IMG/VR virus record: IMGVR_UViG_3300025470_000054
Coordinates: 1 to 33,898 of that record
From: a virus
Lineage: Duplodnaviria; Caudoviricetes
Direction: 5' to 3' (one strand)
Length of the DNA stretch: 33,898 nucleotides
Both the position numbers and the translations under genes were made by a program. The notes under the pieces are model-generated. The model was not told where the DNA came from. It did no database searches and saw only the letters and a list, made by a program, of their open reading frames with translations. Shown here one piece after another: positions 16,120 through 25,442 of this stretch. Each line of letters starts with the position of its first letter. Positions within the stretch are counted from its first letter, which is position 1.

Positions 16120-16941
16120 CTACGCGTAACCGGTACCATTGTTGGTCCAGAATCCGCTATTCATTCTATTAGGTAGGTAAGTACTGTAACCAATAAGAGC
16201 ATCAACATCTTTAACATAGTCATCTTGGAAGTTAGCACTCATCTCTTGTGCCATACGCATGTTGAGAAGTGAGTAGTTAGCCTTGTCTTCCATAATCTGG
16301 TAAAGGGTAGTATTAAAGTTATTAGCAGATACCTGTGCAGATACTTTGTAAATAATAAAGTTAGGGTCGCTCATTTCAGGAGTGTCGTTTGGATTTTGAA
16401 GAGCACCTGAACTTGTTACGTCAGGAATGTTAGCAAACTTGTAATAACGAAAAGAGATTGTAGCACCGATTTCAGCAGAACCAGCTTGTGGCCACCAGCC
16501 CATTATTAAGTTATAACCTGATACCGGGTTACCACTAATATAAAACTCTGGAAGTGAGTTACGTGGGTTAAGAGCCATTTCATTAAGTTTTTTAAGCCTA
16601 AATGCACGTACGTTTGGTGCAGAATTAGTTGAAGATGGATACGTTATGTTTATTGTACCGTCAAACATAAATTTAAAATCACCTGGAAGCGGTATTGTTA
16701 TCGGAGTAGTAGTAGTGGAAGGTGTAGCTGTAATAGTGTAATAAGCAGGCTGATATACCCATAACTCATCCCATAATACACCACGCTCGTTTTCCCATGT
16801 AGGAATAGCAAGAGAACGAATCATACCAACGTATATATTGTATTCTTGTGAACCTACTACTGGTGCCGTAGGATCGTTAAGTGTCTGTAACTGAATGGCA
16901 TTGATGATGTTTTGGTAACTCATCGGACTCGTATTTGCCAT
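16120..16941 (-). CDS. head-tail adaptor (P22 gp4 / T7 gp11 type)
   Basis: Helical N-terminus, IPLPGDF, PEFYI, FRYYK, D.PEM.DP.FIIY, helical C-terminus; immediately upstream of the nozzle. Confidence 0.65.
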   Translation of the reverse strand: MANTSPMSYQNIINAIQLQTLNDPTAPVVGSQEYNIYVGMIRSLAIPTWENERGVLWDELWVYQPAYYTITATPSTTTTPITIPLPGDFKFMFDGTINITYPSSTNSAPNVRAFRLKKLNEMALNPRNSLPEFYISGNPVSGYNLIMGWWPQAGSAEIGATISFRYYKFANIPDVTSSGALQNPNDTPEMSDPNFIIYKVSAQVSANNFNTTLYQIMEDKANYSLLNMRMAQEMSANFQDDYVKDVDALIGYSTYLPNRMNSGFWTNNGTGYA

Positions 16942-16958
16942 GTATTTCCTTTCTTAAT

Positions 16959-16986
16959 AAAAAAAACACTCCAACAAGGGAGTGCT
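16959..16986 (-). terminator. intrinsic terminator-like hairpin in adaptor-gene leader
   Basis: Minus strand AGCACTCC-CTTGTT-GGAGTGTT followed by TTTTTT. Confidence 0.78.
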
Positions 16987-17013
16987 TCAGCTCTGCTGTG
17001 AGCAATCAACTGT

Positions 17014-17022
17014 ATTATAACA
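17014..17022 (-). promoter_or_regulatory. extended -10 promoter (TGTTATAAT)
   Basis: Intergenic; preceded by TTTAAC-n3-TAAAAA. Confidence 0.65.
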
Positions 17023-17039
17023 TTTTTACAGTTAAAATC

Positions 17040-20000
17040 CTACCCTTTAATTTTAATAGAACGTTGTTTAGCAAGACGTACAGGCCGTGATTTAGGTGCT
17101 TTTTTTAAACGAACTTTAATGCTTTTAGCTTTTTTAGCTCGATAAACAATAGGTTTAATAAGGCGTGGTTTTGAAGTGCCTGCATTTGCTGCATAAGCCG
17201 CTTCAGGATTAATTGCGTAACTACCGTCTGCATTTTTGGCAATGTCGTATTGACCTGCATTGTATACATCTTTTAAGAAATTTGGTTCTTTTCCACCTTG
17301 TTGTATTACCCCACCATATTTTTCTACATTGTAAATTGTTTCTTGTGCTAATACGTTTCGTATTTGGTTCCAAGCATCTTGATTAGCTTTAATAAACGCT
17401 GATTTAGCACCAGTACCACTAGGTAATGACCCTTCATATTTAAGCATAGCGTTTTGTTCTGGTGTAAGACTTTGTATAGGATATGGTATTGGTTGCAATC
17501 CCCAATTAACACGTTCTGCATTGGTATATGCATCTAATAATCCATGAGCTTCTTGAACCGATGAATCGTTTTCTAAAGTTGTTAGTTGAGCATTTTGTAC
17601 TGGCGTTCTGTTTTGGTTAGAAGATAAAGCAGTTATTTGACTTAACTTTTGTGATTGGTCGTTGCTTAAAGTTGGAGATGCTACATAGCCTGGACCTTTT
17701 ACGGTATTGTTTCCCATATCTTGCGTTTTTTCCCATGCACTTTCGTTTGCAAAAATGGTAATTAAATCTGGATTTTTTTGTTCTAACACTGTTCGGTTAG
17801 GGTCGCCCGGTGCTAAAGCTTCGTATTGCATGTACATTTTTAATATATCTGTTGATAAATCCCATATAGTGTTGTGATTAGGTAACGATTGTTCAAATTT
17901 CTGAACTGCTGCTAGGGCTTTTGGATCACTAGCAAGTTGCCCATATCGTTCACCTTTTTGAAATGAATTTAACAATATAGTTTTACCGTCTGATGTGTGG
18001 TCATTATCAAGAAAAGTATTTGCGATATCTCTTGTTTTTTGAAGTTCTTTAATTGCTTCAGGATTAGCACTTTGACTAAATGGAGGACTAAGGTCTTTAC
18101 TTAATTGCTGTCTGCCGTTACTCCATGCTGTTATAAATTGCTGTTGTACTGGTGTTAAAGTAGCTGGCGGTGTGTAACCTAATGATTTTCCAATACTACT
18201 ATTAAGTATCGTATCACCAAGTGGTAAATATCCAGAAACTTGTTTTAAAATAGGATTTACGTTTCCTCTTAAAGCGTTGTCTACATTTTGTCCAGTTTGT
18301 ACAAGTGTTCCCGCAGTAGCTGACACGTTTCCTACAATGTTTTGTGTTAATGAAGCGTTGTTATAGTTGTATTTTACATCGTTAAATATATCCTGTGGTA
18401 TACCTGCTCCGAATGAACCTACACCCGAATCAGATACCATAGAATCAATAGCGTTACCAGGAGATTTTTTAGCAGTTGTAACTGGGTTTTTGCCTTGATA
18501 AAGTTGTTTAATTGCAAAGACTGTAGCACCCGTTAATGGAACCGTAGACAAGTATTTAATTAACGGAGCAGCATTGCCGTTACGTGCATCTTTTACTAAT
18601 TGAATAATAAAGTTTGACTGTTTGAGTGTGTAAGCACCACGATATTGACCTATTAATTTACCCCAATTTGTATTTAACCAAAGTGGAGATTGTATTTTAC
18701 TTGTACTAAAAATAGTTGAATTTGAAAGTCCGTGAGCGGCTTGAATTTGTTGATCATCAGATAATCTATATCCTCCTTTACCATTGGATTCTAAATCACC
18801 TGAAACACCTAAATCACGAAGCCTTTGTATACTAGCTTCACTGCCATCAGCTGCAAGTGCAATAGCGTCTGCTCTACCCGCAATAAAAGCGGTAATTCGG
18901 TGAAACTGTCGTACTTGTTTAAGGAACATTGCTGTTCCACGAATACTATTAACATTATGTCCATCTTCACCATCAACTCCAGCATGATGTGCCCAATCTC
19001 GTTCTTCTTTATTGAATACTTGATTAACTACAGCTTTAAAATATTTACCAAAACCTGCACGAGAACCAATGTTAGCAAAACCTTGAGGAAGGTGAGCAAT
19101 AAAAGCTTTTTGTAGTTGTAAGAAACCTGTAATTTTCATAAAACCAGTAGAAAGTTTGTTTAGTGCTCTACTACCTGATTCTTGATTTTTATTTAAACCA
19201 TCAACAATTTCGTTAAATGCTTGAACGTCATGGCCAGCCTTAGATAATCTGTTTTGAATTCTGTATACTTCTTCATTGTTTGCACCAAACTGACGTGCTT
19301 CAGCAATACGATCAGATGCACCTTTAAAATATTTTTCAAGTGTATCAATGTCTATTTTATAACCTGGCAATTTTACAGTTCTAGATTTTTCAAAATTGCC
19401 AAACCTATTTGGACTAAGCGTTGTATTGTTTCTCATTTCGTTTAATATGCGTACTGCATCTTCACGTGAGGTAGCTTGACCTGTTTTAACTAAATATTGC
19501 ACACTACGTTCAAAATTAGATTTTTTGTTTAAAAATTCGCTATAGTCATGAGGCATATAGGTTGTACCGTAATTACCCATAGTAATGCCAGCATCTATTG
19601 CTTCATTATAAATACGACTCATAGCATTTCTAAGTTCTTGTACAGCTTGAAATACAGATACGTCACTTGTAGTAGCTTTGCCTTCTTTTACTAACCAAGC
19701 AAGTTTTTGCTCGTCTTTAGATAATGAATAAAACGTAGGAATAGAATCTTTCATTTTGGTATAAAGTCTGGATGACATAATGTCTTTGTTTAAGAAACGT
19801 TGTATAAATTCACGACCAGCTCCTGTCATTTTAGACAATCGTGTTTGTGGAGAGAATAATTTGTTTGCGTCACTTTCGCGTTTAAACTCTTGCGTAACGT
19901 CTTCTTGTTTATCTACAGGTAAATTGTTTACATCAAAACGTTCGTTGTTATCTTCAACGTTTAAAGGATTTGGAGTTTCAACAAACGGAGCATCGGATTT

Positions 20001-21737
20001 ACCCGTTTCAGGAACAACGTAATTTGTTTCATTAACGCCTTCAGTTTTTCCTAATCTTCGATCTAAAGCATCAAGCGTTGTGTTAATAGAGTTCATGTTG
20101 CGTACCATGTCTGTACTGTTTTCTTTCATACCAGATTTAATCATGCGAGCACGCTCTACTTTTAATTGTTGATAATGATTGTGTAAAACTTCTGTTCTGT
20201 TATCTCCAGCTACTTTACTGTCATAAGTTCCGTCTTTTTTAGCCCTATCAATGTTTGTCCAGTTTTTAAAGCTTTCTTTCCATCCATTTATTTTGTTTGT
20301 TATAAATGGTTTAACATTGTTTTGTATTTCAACATTAGGATTTTGACGTGTATTGTAAAGTTCATCATGTGCATCTTTAGGAGGTATGTTATTAACGTCA
20401 GCGTATCCTTTAGCTTCTTGAGTAGTTTCTGGGGTTGGTTTTGTGTCATTATTAATATTTATAATGTCAGCAGGTTTATTAGGTTGTGAAGCATTTTGTT
20501 TTACGTTTTCGTCATGATTGTTTAATGCTATTTCTTTATCTAATTCATCACTAATAGCATGTATTTGAACAAGATTATTTTGTACATCGGGGTGCAAATT
20601 ATCATAATTCGAAGCCATAAATTCTTTATGAGCTTCTATTGCATCAGATAATTGTATAGTTAATTGCCTTATTTTAGAATTTGTAGTAGCTAATATTTGT
20701 AATGATTTGTCTTTTATGCTTTGTAATAGATTTGGGACGTAACGTTGAGCAGCTTTATAAAAGGTTTGTAAAAGGTCTTTAGTTATTATACTTCCACCTT
20801 CAAAACCAGCATTGATTGCTAAATTAGTGGCAACTTGTTCTGGCGTTATTTTAATATCTTTTGATGCTTGTTGCCCTGTATTTAATGCTGTATAGCCTGC
20901 ATTAATAGTTATCCCTTTTGGTGATACAATAGCTTTTGCTGCGTTTACTAAACTTCTTTGTAATCCGTTTTCATCAGCAAAATTTCTAATATCATTAGCT
21001 GCTTGTCCAGCGTAATCTGAAATTACAGACGTTGCATCCGATACGCCTGGAACTTTAGAAATTACATTTCCAACTTTAGAAGTTACATTTCCAACTTTTC
21101 CAATTGCATTTGCAACTTTAGGTAATTCAGTAACACCTTTAACAATTTCTCCACCAGCAAGAAACGTTCCTACATCTGAAACGCCTTGTGCAATTTTATA
21201 AGGAATATCATTTCCATTCATTTGTTTATCTACTGTATCTACAGTTTTAGCAGCAGTATCAAGGTCTTTACTAAATTGACTTGTACCTGTTCCCGGGCTT
21301 ACAAGATCAACTAAACCTGAAACACCTTGAGCAGTTCCAATGGCTGAACGAGCAGCACCCAATAACAATGAACTTGGTAAATTTGCAGTATTAACTACGG
21401 CTTTACCAACGTAATGAACTACATCATTCCATATGCTACCTTTTTTAGGTGCAAGTTGTGGTGTTTGTTGTTTTGGTTGAGCGGGTTGCGGTGGTGCTTT
21501 TGGTATAGATATTGATGAAGGTGCTTGAGCAGGAGCAATACTAAGATTTTGTTGAGGTAATGGAGCAACACTTATATCGCTAGGTGGTATAGGTATTGGT
21601 TTTAGAGTAGCAGTTGATGGTGGAGCTAAACTAATAGTTTGTTGTGCAGGTTGAGCAATACTAATAGGCGTTTGTGGCACATTAGGAATAACACTAATAG
21701 ATTGTGGGGTGTCATCTTTAACCTTTAATGGACCCAT
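17040..21737 (-). CDS. large internal virion / DNA ejection protein
   Basis: 1565 aa, mostly helical; Pro-rich N-terminus, hydrophobic G/A-rich segments, YMPHDY...FEKSR region, K/R-rich tail. Size and position are typical of podovirus ejection proteins. Confidence 0.65.
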   Translation of the reverse strand: MGPLKVKDDTPQSISVIPNVPQTPISIAQPAQQTISLAPPSTATLKPIPIPPSDISVAPLPQQNLSIAPAQAPSSISIPKAPPQPAQPKQQTPQLAPKKGSIWNDVVHYVGKAVVNTANLPSSLLLGAARSAIGTAQGVSGLVDLVSPGTGTSQFSKDLDTAAKTVDTVDKQMNGNDIPYKIAQGVSDVGTFLAGGEIVKGVTELPKVANAIGKVGNVTSKVGNVISKVPGVSDATSVISDYAGQAANDIRNFADENGLQRSLVNAAKAIVSPKGITINAGYTALNTGQQASKDIKITPEQVATNLAINAGFEGGSIITKDLLQTFYKAAQRYVPNLLQSIKDKSLQILATTNSKIRQLTIQLSDAIEAHKEFMASNYDNLHPDVQNNLVQIHAISDELDKEIALNNHDENVKQNASQPNKPADIININNDTKPTPETTQEAKGYADVNNIPPKDAHDELYNTRQNPNVEIQNNVKPFITNKINGWKESFKNWTNIDRAKKDGTYDSKVAGDNRTEVLHNHYQQLKVERARMIKSGMKENSTDMVRNMNSINTTLDALDRRLGKTEGVNETNYVVPETGKSDAPFVETPNPLNVEDNNERFDVNNLPVDKQEDVTQEFKRESDANKLFSPQTRLSKMTGAGREFIQRFLNKDIMSSRLYTKMKDSIPTFYSLSKDEQKLAWLVKEGKATTSDVSVFQAVQELRNAMSRIYNEAIDAGITMGNYGTTYMPHDYSEFLNKKSNFERSVQYLVKTGQATSREDAVRILNEMRNNTTLSPNRFGNFEKSRTVKLPGYKIDIDTLEKYFKGASDRIAEARQFGANNEEVYRIQNRLSKAGHDVQAFNEIVDGLNKNQESGSRALNKLSTGFMKITGFLQLQKAFIAHLPQGFANIGSRAGFGKYFKAVVNQVFNKEERDWAHHAGVDGEDGHNVNSIRGTAMFLKQVRQFHRITAFIAGRADAIALAADGSEASIQRLRDLGVSGDLESNGKGGYRLSDDQQIQAAHGLSNSTIFSTSKIQSPLWLNTNWGKLIGQYRGAYTLKQSNFIIQLVKDARNGNAAPLIKYLSTVPLTGATVFAIKQLYQGKNPVTTAKKSPGNAIDSMVSDSGVGSFGAGIPQDIFNDVKYNYNNASLTQNIVGNVSATAGTLVQTGQNVDNALRGNVNPILKQVSGYLPLGDTILNSSIGKSLGYTPPATLTPVQQQFITAWSNGRQQLSKDLSPPFSQSANPEAIKELQKTRDIANTFLDNDHTSDGKTILLNSFQKGERYGQLASDPKALAAVQKFEQSLPNHNTIWDLSTDILKMYMQYEALAPGDPNRTVLEQKNPDLITIFANESAWEKTQDMGNNTVKGPGYVASPTLSNDQSQKLSQITALSSNQNRTPVQNAQLTTLENDSSVQEAHGLLDAYTNAERVNWGLQPIPYPIQSLTPEQNAMLKYEGSLPSGTGAKSAFIKANQDAWNQIRNVLAQETIYNVEKYGGVIQQGGKEPNFLKDVYNAGQYDIAKNADGSYAINPEAAYAANAGTSKPRLIKPIVYRAKKAKSIKVRLKKAPKSRPVRLAKQRSIKIKG

Positions 21738-21746
21738 TTAATTCTC

Positions 21747-22808
21747 CTAACGGTTTAGTATTTGTGATAGACCTTGAGTACTACCTTGTAAATTTGGTGA
21801 AGGTAATGGAAGAGTCGCCGCAGGTGTTGTAGGTGCTGTAGCCATTGGAGCGTTTGCAGTTACTTGATTACCTGAATTAATTGAATTTGTATAAGCTGTT
21901 GTAGCAGCGTTTACATTGTCGTTCAAACTTTGTAAATCAGCTAATGTAGTAGCATCTAATGCTTGTTTAGTGTAATAAATTTGATCTCGTGCTTGAGAAC
22001 CTACTGCTGTTGAAAGTTGATTTTGAAGATTTATTATGTTATTTTGGTATGTTTGTGTAATATTATCTAATGTTTGTTTTTTCTGTGTTCCAATAACCTG
22101 TTGTACATCTACACCATTTTTAAGGTCGGCATCAATTTGAGCTTGTAAATTTTGATTGTTTACTGCTGTATTAAGATTAATTGAAGATTGTTCTTTAGCT
22201 TGTTCTTTGCCATAGGCATATTCACCCATTTGTACAGCACTTGAACTACCAGCTCCCGTGTTACCTAATGCATTTTGGAAACCTTGATTTTGACCTCTAA
22301 TTGAATCAGCAAGTTGTGCAAGTGAAAGTTGTTGTGATGCAGTATTGCCAGCTTGTTGTTGTCCTAAAACATTTACTTGACCTTGTGTTGTATCTGCACT
22401 TTGTTGAGATAATGCACTATAATAAGCGTTTGTATCACCTACGTTTTGTGCATAATTTGCTGGACCTGAAACCATTAATTGATTAATGTAATTTTTAATT
22501 GGGTTAGTATAGGTAGTTTGAATAGCTTGCGATAATTGAGCTGTTGCTAAAGGGTCTAAACCTGTTGATGTACCGCTTGTAACTGTTTGATTTGTTGCAC
22601 CGGCATTAGGATTGTTAATAGCGTCTGTAGCCGTGTTTTGTCCCGGAGGAGTTAGTTGAACATCTGTTGCATTTGAACCTTGTATTAACCCTGCTGGATA
22701 ATTAGTTACACCAAGTGTTCCGCCTTGTAATGCGTTACTCATTCCTGCACCATATTGTGGATTGCTTGCACCATATTGTGGATTGCCTGCACCTCCTTGT
22801 AAATCCAT
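21747..22808 (-). CDS. Q/N/A-rich probable internal virion/ejection protein
   Basis: 353 aa with coiled-coil-like composition and a central LGNTGAGSSS motif; AGGAG RBS. Confidence 0.6.
   Translation of the reverse strand: MDLQGGAGNPQYGASNPQYGAGMSNALQGGTLGVTNYPAGLIQGSNATDVQLTPPGQNTATDAINNPNAGATNQTVTSGTSTGLDPLATAQLSQAIQTTYTNPIKNYINQLMVSGPANYAQNVGDTNAYYSALSQQSADTTQGQVNVLGQQQAGNTASQQLSLAQLADSIRGQNQGFQNALGNTGAGSSSAVQMGEYAYGKEQAKEQSSINLNTAVNNQNLQAQIDADLKNGVDVQQVIGTQKKQTLDNITQTYQNNIINLQNQLSTAVGSQARDQIYYTKQALDATTLADLQSLNDNVNAATTAYTNSINSGNQVTANAPMATAPTTPAATLPLPSPNLQGSTQGLSQILNR
22746..22793. repeat. 21-bp tandem repeat (~2.3 copies) encoding NPQYGA(S/G)
   Basis: TGCACCATATTGTGGATTGC at 22746 and 22767. 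Confidence 0.9.
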
Positions 22809-22823
22809 AAAAATCTCCTATTT

Positions 22824-22860
22824 AAAAAAGAGTCATACCTAAAAGAAGGCACAACTCTTT
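22824..22860 (-). terminator. intrinsic terminator-like hairpin in ejection-gene leader
   Basis: Minus strand AAAGAGTTGTGCCT-TCTTTT-AGGTATGACTCTTT-TTT. Confidence 0.72.
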
Positions 22861-22885
22861 GATTTCAAAGTCATTGATTACATAC

Positions 22886-22894
22886 ATTATATCA
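22886..22894 (-). promoter_or_regulatory. extended -10 promoter (TGATATAAT)
   Basis: Intergenic, ~25 nt upstream of the terminator hairpin. Confidence 0.6.
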
Positions 22895-22910
22895 GAAAAG
22901 AAGCTTTATA

Positions 22911-23189
22911 TCAACTAAACTTCCAGTCCCTATCAATTTTTTGAGCAATTTCACCTAGTTTTTCTATTTTATCTTTATCACCATTAATAACAGCAGCTTT
23001 CATTTGTTCTCGTAGCTTTTGAATTGCCGGTGAACGTTGCTGTAAATTAATTGCATATAGAATATCGTTTGCACGACGTTTTTCTAATTCAGATGTATTA
23101 GGATCAGAAAGTTTTTTTTGCATTTTTAAATAATCAGCTTGTCGAGAAGCATCTAACTTACGTGGATCCATATTACGATCCTTCTGCAA
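22911..23189 (-). CDS. hypothetical helical protein
   Basis: ORF track; the true start may be MDPRKL (~23171), downstream of GAAGGA. Confidence 0.7.
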   Translation of the reverse strand: MQKDRNMDPRKLDASRQADYLKMQKKLSDPNTSELEKRRANDILYAINLQQRSPAIQKLREQMKAAVINGDKDKIEKLGEIAQKIDRDWKFS

Positions 23190-23481
23190 ATGAATAACCG
23201 AGGTCTTTAAGCCTGCGTGTTACGTCCATAGGTTCCCAGTTAAGGATTTCAGCTATTTGGTCTATGTTTGCATCACGTGCTTCATAATGTTTTTTAATAA
23301 AACCATCGATTTGATTATCTACACCTTTAACAGTACTTAAATCTTCAGTATCAATTTCTTCATAAAGTTCATCAAGACTTTTTTGTTTAGCAATAATTCC
23401 GTGTAAAGGTACTTTTTCTTCTGTAAGTGGAACCATTATGCCTGCATCTGTTGATGCTGGTGTTGCCGGTTTGCTTGCCAT
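23173..23481 (-). CDS. hypothetical acidic protein
   Basis: AAGGAG RBS; C-terminal IDQIAEILNWEPMDVTRRLKDLG is HTH-like. Confidence 0.75.
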   Translation of the reverse strand: MASKPATPASTDAGIMVPLTEEKVPLHGIIAKQKSLDELYEEIDTEDLSTVKGVDNQIDGFIKKHYEARDANIDQIAEILNWEPMDVTRRLKDLGYSFAEGS

Positions 23482-23501
23482 TATTTTCTCCTTATTTAAT
23501 T

Positions 23502-23536
23502 AAAAGAAGGTAGAAGCGATAAAACTCCTACCTCCT
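23502..23536 (-). terminator. terminator after major capsid gene
   Basis: Minus strand AGGAGGTAGGAG-TTTTATCG-CTTCTACCTTCT-TTT; 12-bp stem including G-U pairs. Confidence 0.7.
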
Positions 23537-23558
23537 ATGACTTTATTCTGTTTATCTA

Positions 23559-24503
23559 TTAAGAAATAGATGCACCAGATATAACGTCGATGACCCATGA
23601 TGAGTTCAAAGTCTTTGCAGCGAACTGACCAGCCCATGAAATGGTGTGGTATCGTTCTGCAGCATTGGCTGAATCTGCACCTGTGACAATGTAGAGCTTT
23701 GGAGCGTCTAATTGATTGTCGTATACACCAAATGCTTCTCGTCCGTGGATGAAGTTGTGGTATTGAGTTGTAGGAGTAGCAGTTTGAGTAGTAGTCTGAC
23801 CTTGGTTAGATACTAGGAAACGTACACCATACAAAGCACCAATTTCACCAGCGTAAAGAGCTTGTACATTTGAGTATGCTGCTGCGTTCTGCCAAGTACT
23901 TGTAAGGATTAGGTCGTATTCTGACTGAGGTTGAATCTTACCGATCCAGCCAAAAGTACCATCATACATCAAAGCCTTATTTTCTTTGAGAGTTGCAACG
24001 GCTTGAGCAATATATTGAGCTTGCATCGTAGCATTGGTGTTAGCAGTAGAAGTTGGGATTGTAAGAGCAGTATTACCTGCATACAATGCGTTTCTTACTA
24101 GTGCGTCTAAAGTTTCACCCATGTTCTGAGCAACAACGTCAATTTTTTCTTTGTCGCGGTCATCAATGTCTACAGTACCCAAGAGTCGAGTAACTTGAAT
24201 TGAGTTACCATATTCCTGAAGAGTAACAGTAACCTGAGTATCAGTTAGAGTAACTAATGTTGGGTTTGTTCCTTCAGTAAGTGGAGTTACGGCTGTAGCA
24301 AGTGGTGAGAAGCGGTTAAAGATAACTTGCTTTCCAGCGTTGCCTTCTAAAGCTCGTAGCTGAGCACCTTCTTGGTGTACTAACATAGCACGTGCACGTT
24401 CTAGGAACCTTCGTTCGTAGTAAACGGCTACTTCAGCTGATAGACCACCAGGGTTTAAACTGGAGTCATAAGCAGCGGTTGTATTCTGTGTTGTATTTGC
24501 CAT
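23559..24503 (-). CDS. major capsid protein, N4-gp56 family (HK97 fold)
   Basis: FNRFSPL...PLTEGTNP...VTVTLQEYGN...GETLDALVRN...GEIGALYGVRF...GREAFG. Confidence 0.92.
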   Translation of the reverse strand: MANTTQNTTAAYDSSLNPGGLSAEVAVYYERRFLERARAMLVHQEGAQLRALEGNAGKQVIFNRFSPLATAVTPLTEGTNPTLVTLTDTQVTVTLQEYGNSIQVTRLLGTVDIDDRDKEKIDVVAQNMGETLDALVRNALYAGNTALTIPTSTANTNATMQAQYIAQAVATLKENKALMYDGTFGWIGKIQPQSEYDLILTSTWQNAAAYSNVQALYAGEIGALYGVRFLVSNQGQTTTQTATPTTQYHNFIHGREAFGVYDNQLDAPKLYIVTGADSANAAERYHTISWAGQFAAKTLNSSWVIDVISGASIS

Positions 24504-24523
24504 TGAATTTTATGCCTTTGTTT

Positions 24524-25339
24524 TTAACGACGATTCATTGCGAACCAGTCCTCCATCTCTTTGGAACTCATTTCGTTAAACGATTTCTGTATTTTTACAG
24601 TAGCGTTTGGACGATTAGCAGATTTCCCTTTTGATGCTGATTCTGAATTTGTCGCTCCTTGCGGATTTGTATTTGATAACGAGTCCAATACTCGGGTTAA
24701 AGGCTGTAGGAATTTTGTAAAGCTATATGTAGGATCTTTGGCATATATGTCACCGTAAGATTCGGTAATTTCATGAACCAAGTCTTCATCATAATCATCG
24801 CTATTTGGATTAAGGACTGAATATTTGGTTTCAGCTTTTTCAATTTCTTGAGCCCGTTTCTCAGATGCTTGTTGTCGAGTTAAGTTAGATTCCAAAACCT
24901 TTGCGGTTGTTTGCATTTTCAGGTCTACTATTTGACTAGCGGCGTTGATTATATCCTGCTTAATTTGGTCAGGAGTAATCTCGCTCATCTGTGAATAGTC
25001 AGGCAACTGAACACTTGATGGACTAACTTGGTTGTTAGACAAGACATCGGATAATGAACTGGGTTGCTGTAAAGCACTTTCTAGTTCCCTAATCTTAGTT
25101 GTTAATTCGCTAATTCGCCTCTCTGCACGAGAAGGTCGTTGTCGAGCCCCATCACTACTATTTGCACCGTTACTCTCATCACTAGAGTCGGAATTACCAT
25201 TATCCTGATCAATACCGCTATCGACATTGGCGTTAGATCGTTGTAGTGCTTCGGCACCTGCGTTTGAGTTTACATCTGATGACGAATCTGATGTTCCACC
25301 TGCAGTGGTGGTGTTTTGCGTCATTTGTGAATCAGCCAT
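24524..25339 (-). CDS. capsid scaffolding protein
   Basis: Acidic disordered N-terminus, RAERRISELTTKIRELE coiled coil, C-terminal EMSSKEMEDWF helix; directly upstream of the capsid gene; start at MADSQ after AAAGGAG. Confidence 0.8.
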   Translation of the reverse strand: MADSQMTQNTTTAGGTSDSSSDVNSNAGAEALQRSNANVDSGIDQDNGNSDSSDESNGANSSDGARQRPSRAERRISELTTKIRELESALQQPSSLSDVLSNNQVSPSSVQLPDYSQMSEITPDQIKQDIINAASQIVDLKMQTTAKVLESNLTRQQASEKRAQEIEKAETKYSVLNPNSDDYDEDLVHEITESYGDIYAKDPTYSFTKFLQPLTRVLDSLSNTNPQGATNSESASKGKSANRPNATVKIQKSFNEMSSKEMEDWFAMNRR

Positions 25340-25344
25340 GGCTG

Positions 25345-25440
25345 CTCCTTTCTTACACACTTGTTAAGGCTCGTGCGTCGCCTGGGGGTGATGTCCCCCA
25401 ACGCCTGCTCATCTATTTGGGACGAACAGGAGTTGAAGGG
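25345..25440 (-). promoter_or_regulatory. GC-rich structured leader upstream of scaffold gene
   Basis: CCTTCAAC-T-CCTGTTCGTC/GATGAGCAGG-C-GTTGGGGG long stem overlapping an alternative TGGGGG-ACATCA-CCCCCA stem. Confidence 0.6.
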
Positions 25441-25442
25441 CA

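Noticed and set aside
17040-21737. Tape measure protein or virion RNA polymerase
   Set aside because: No tail tube or chaperone genes nearby and no polymerase motifs recognised; the adaptor/nozzle context favours an ejection protein.
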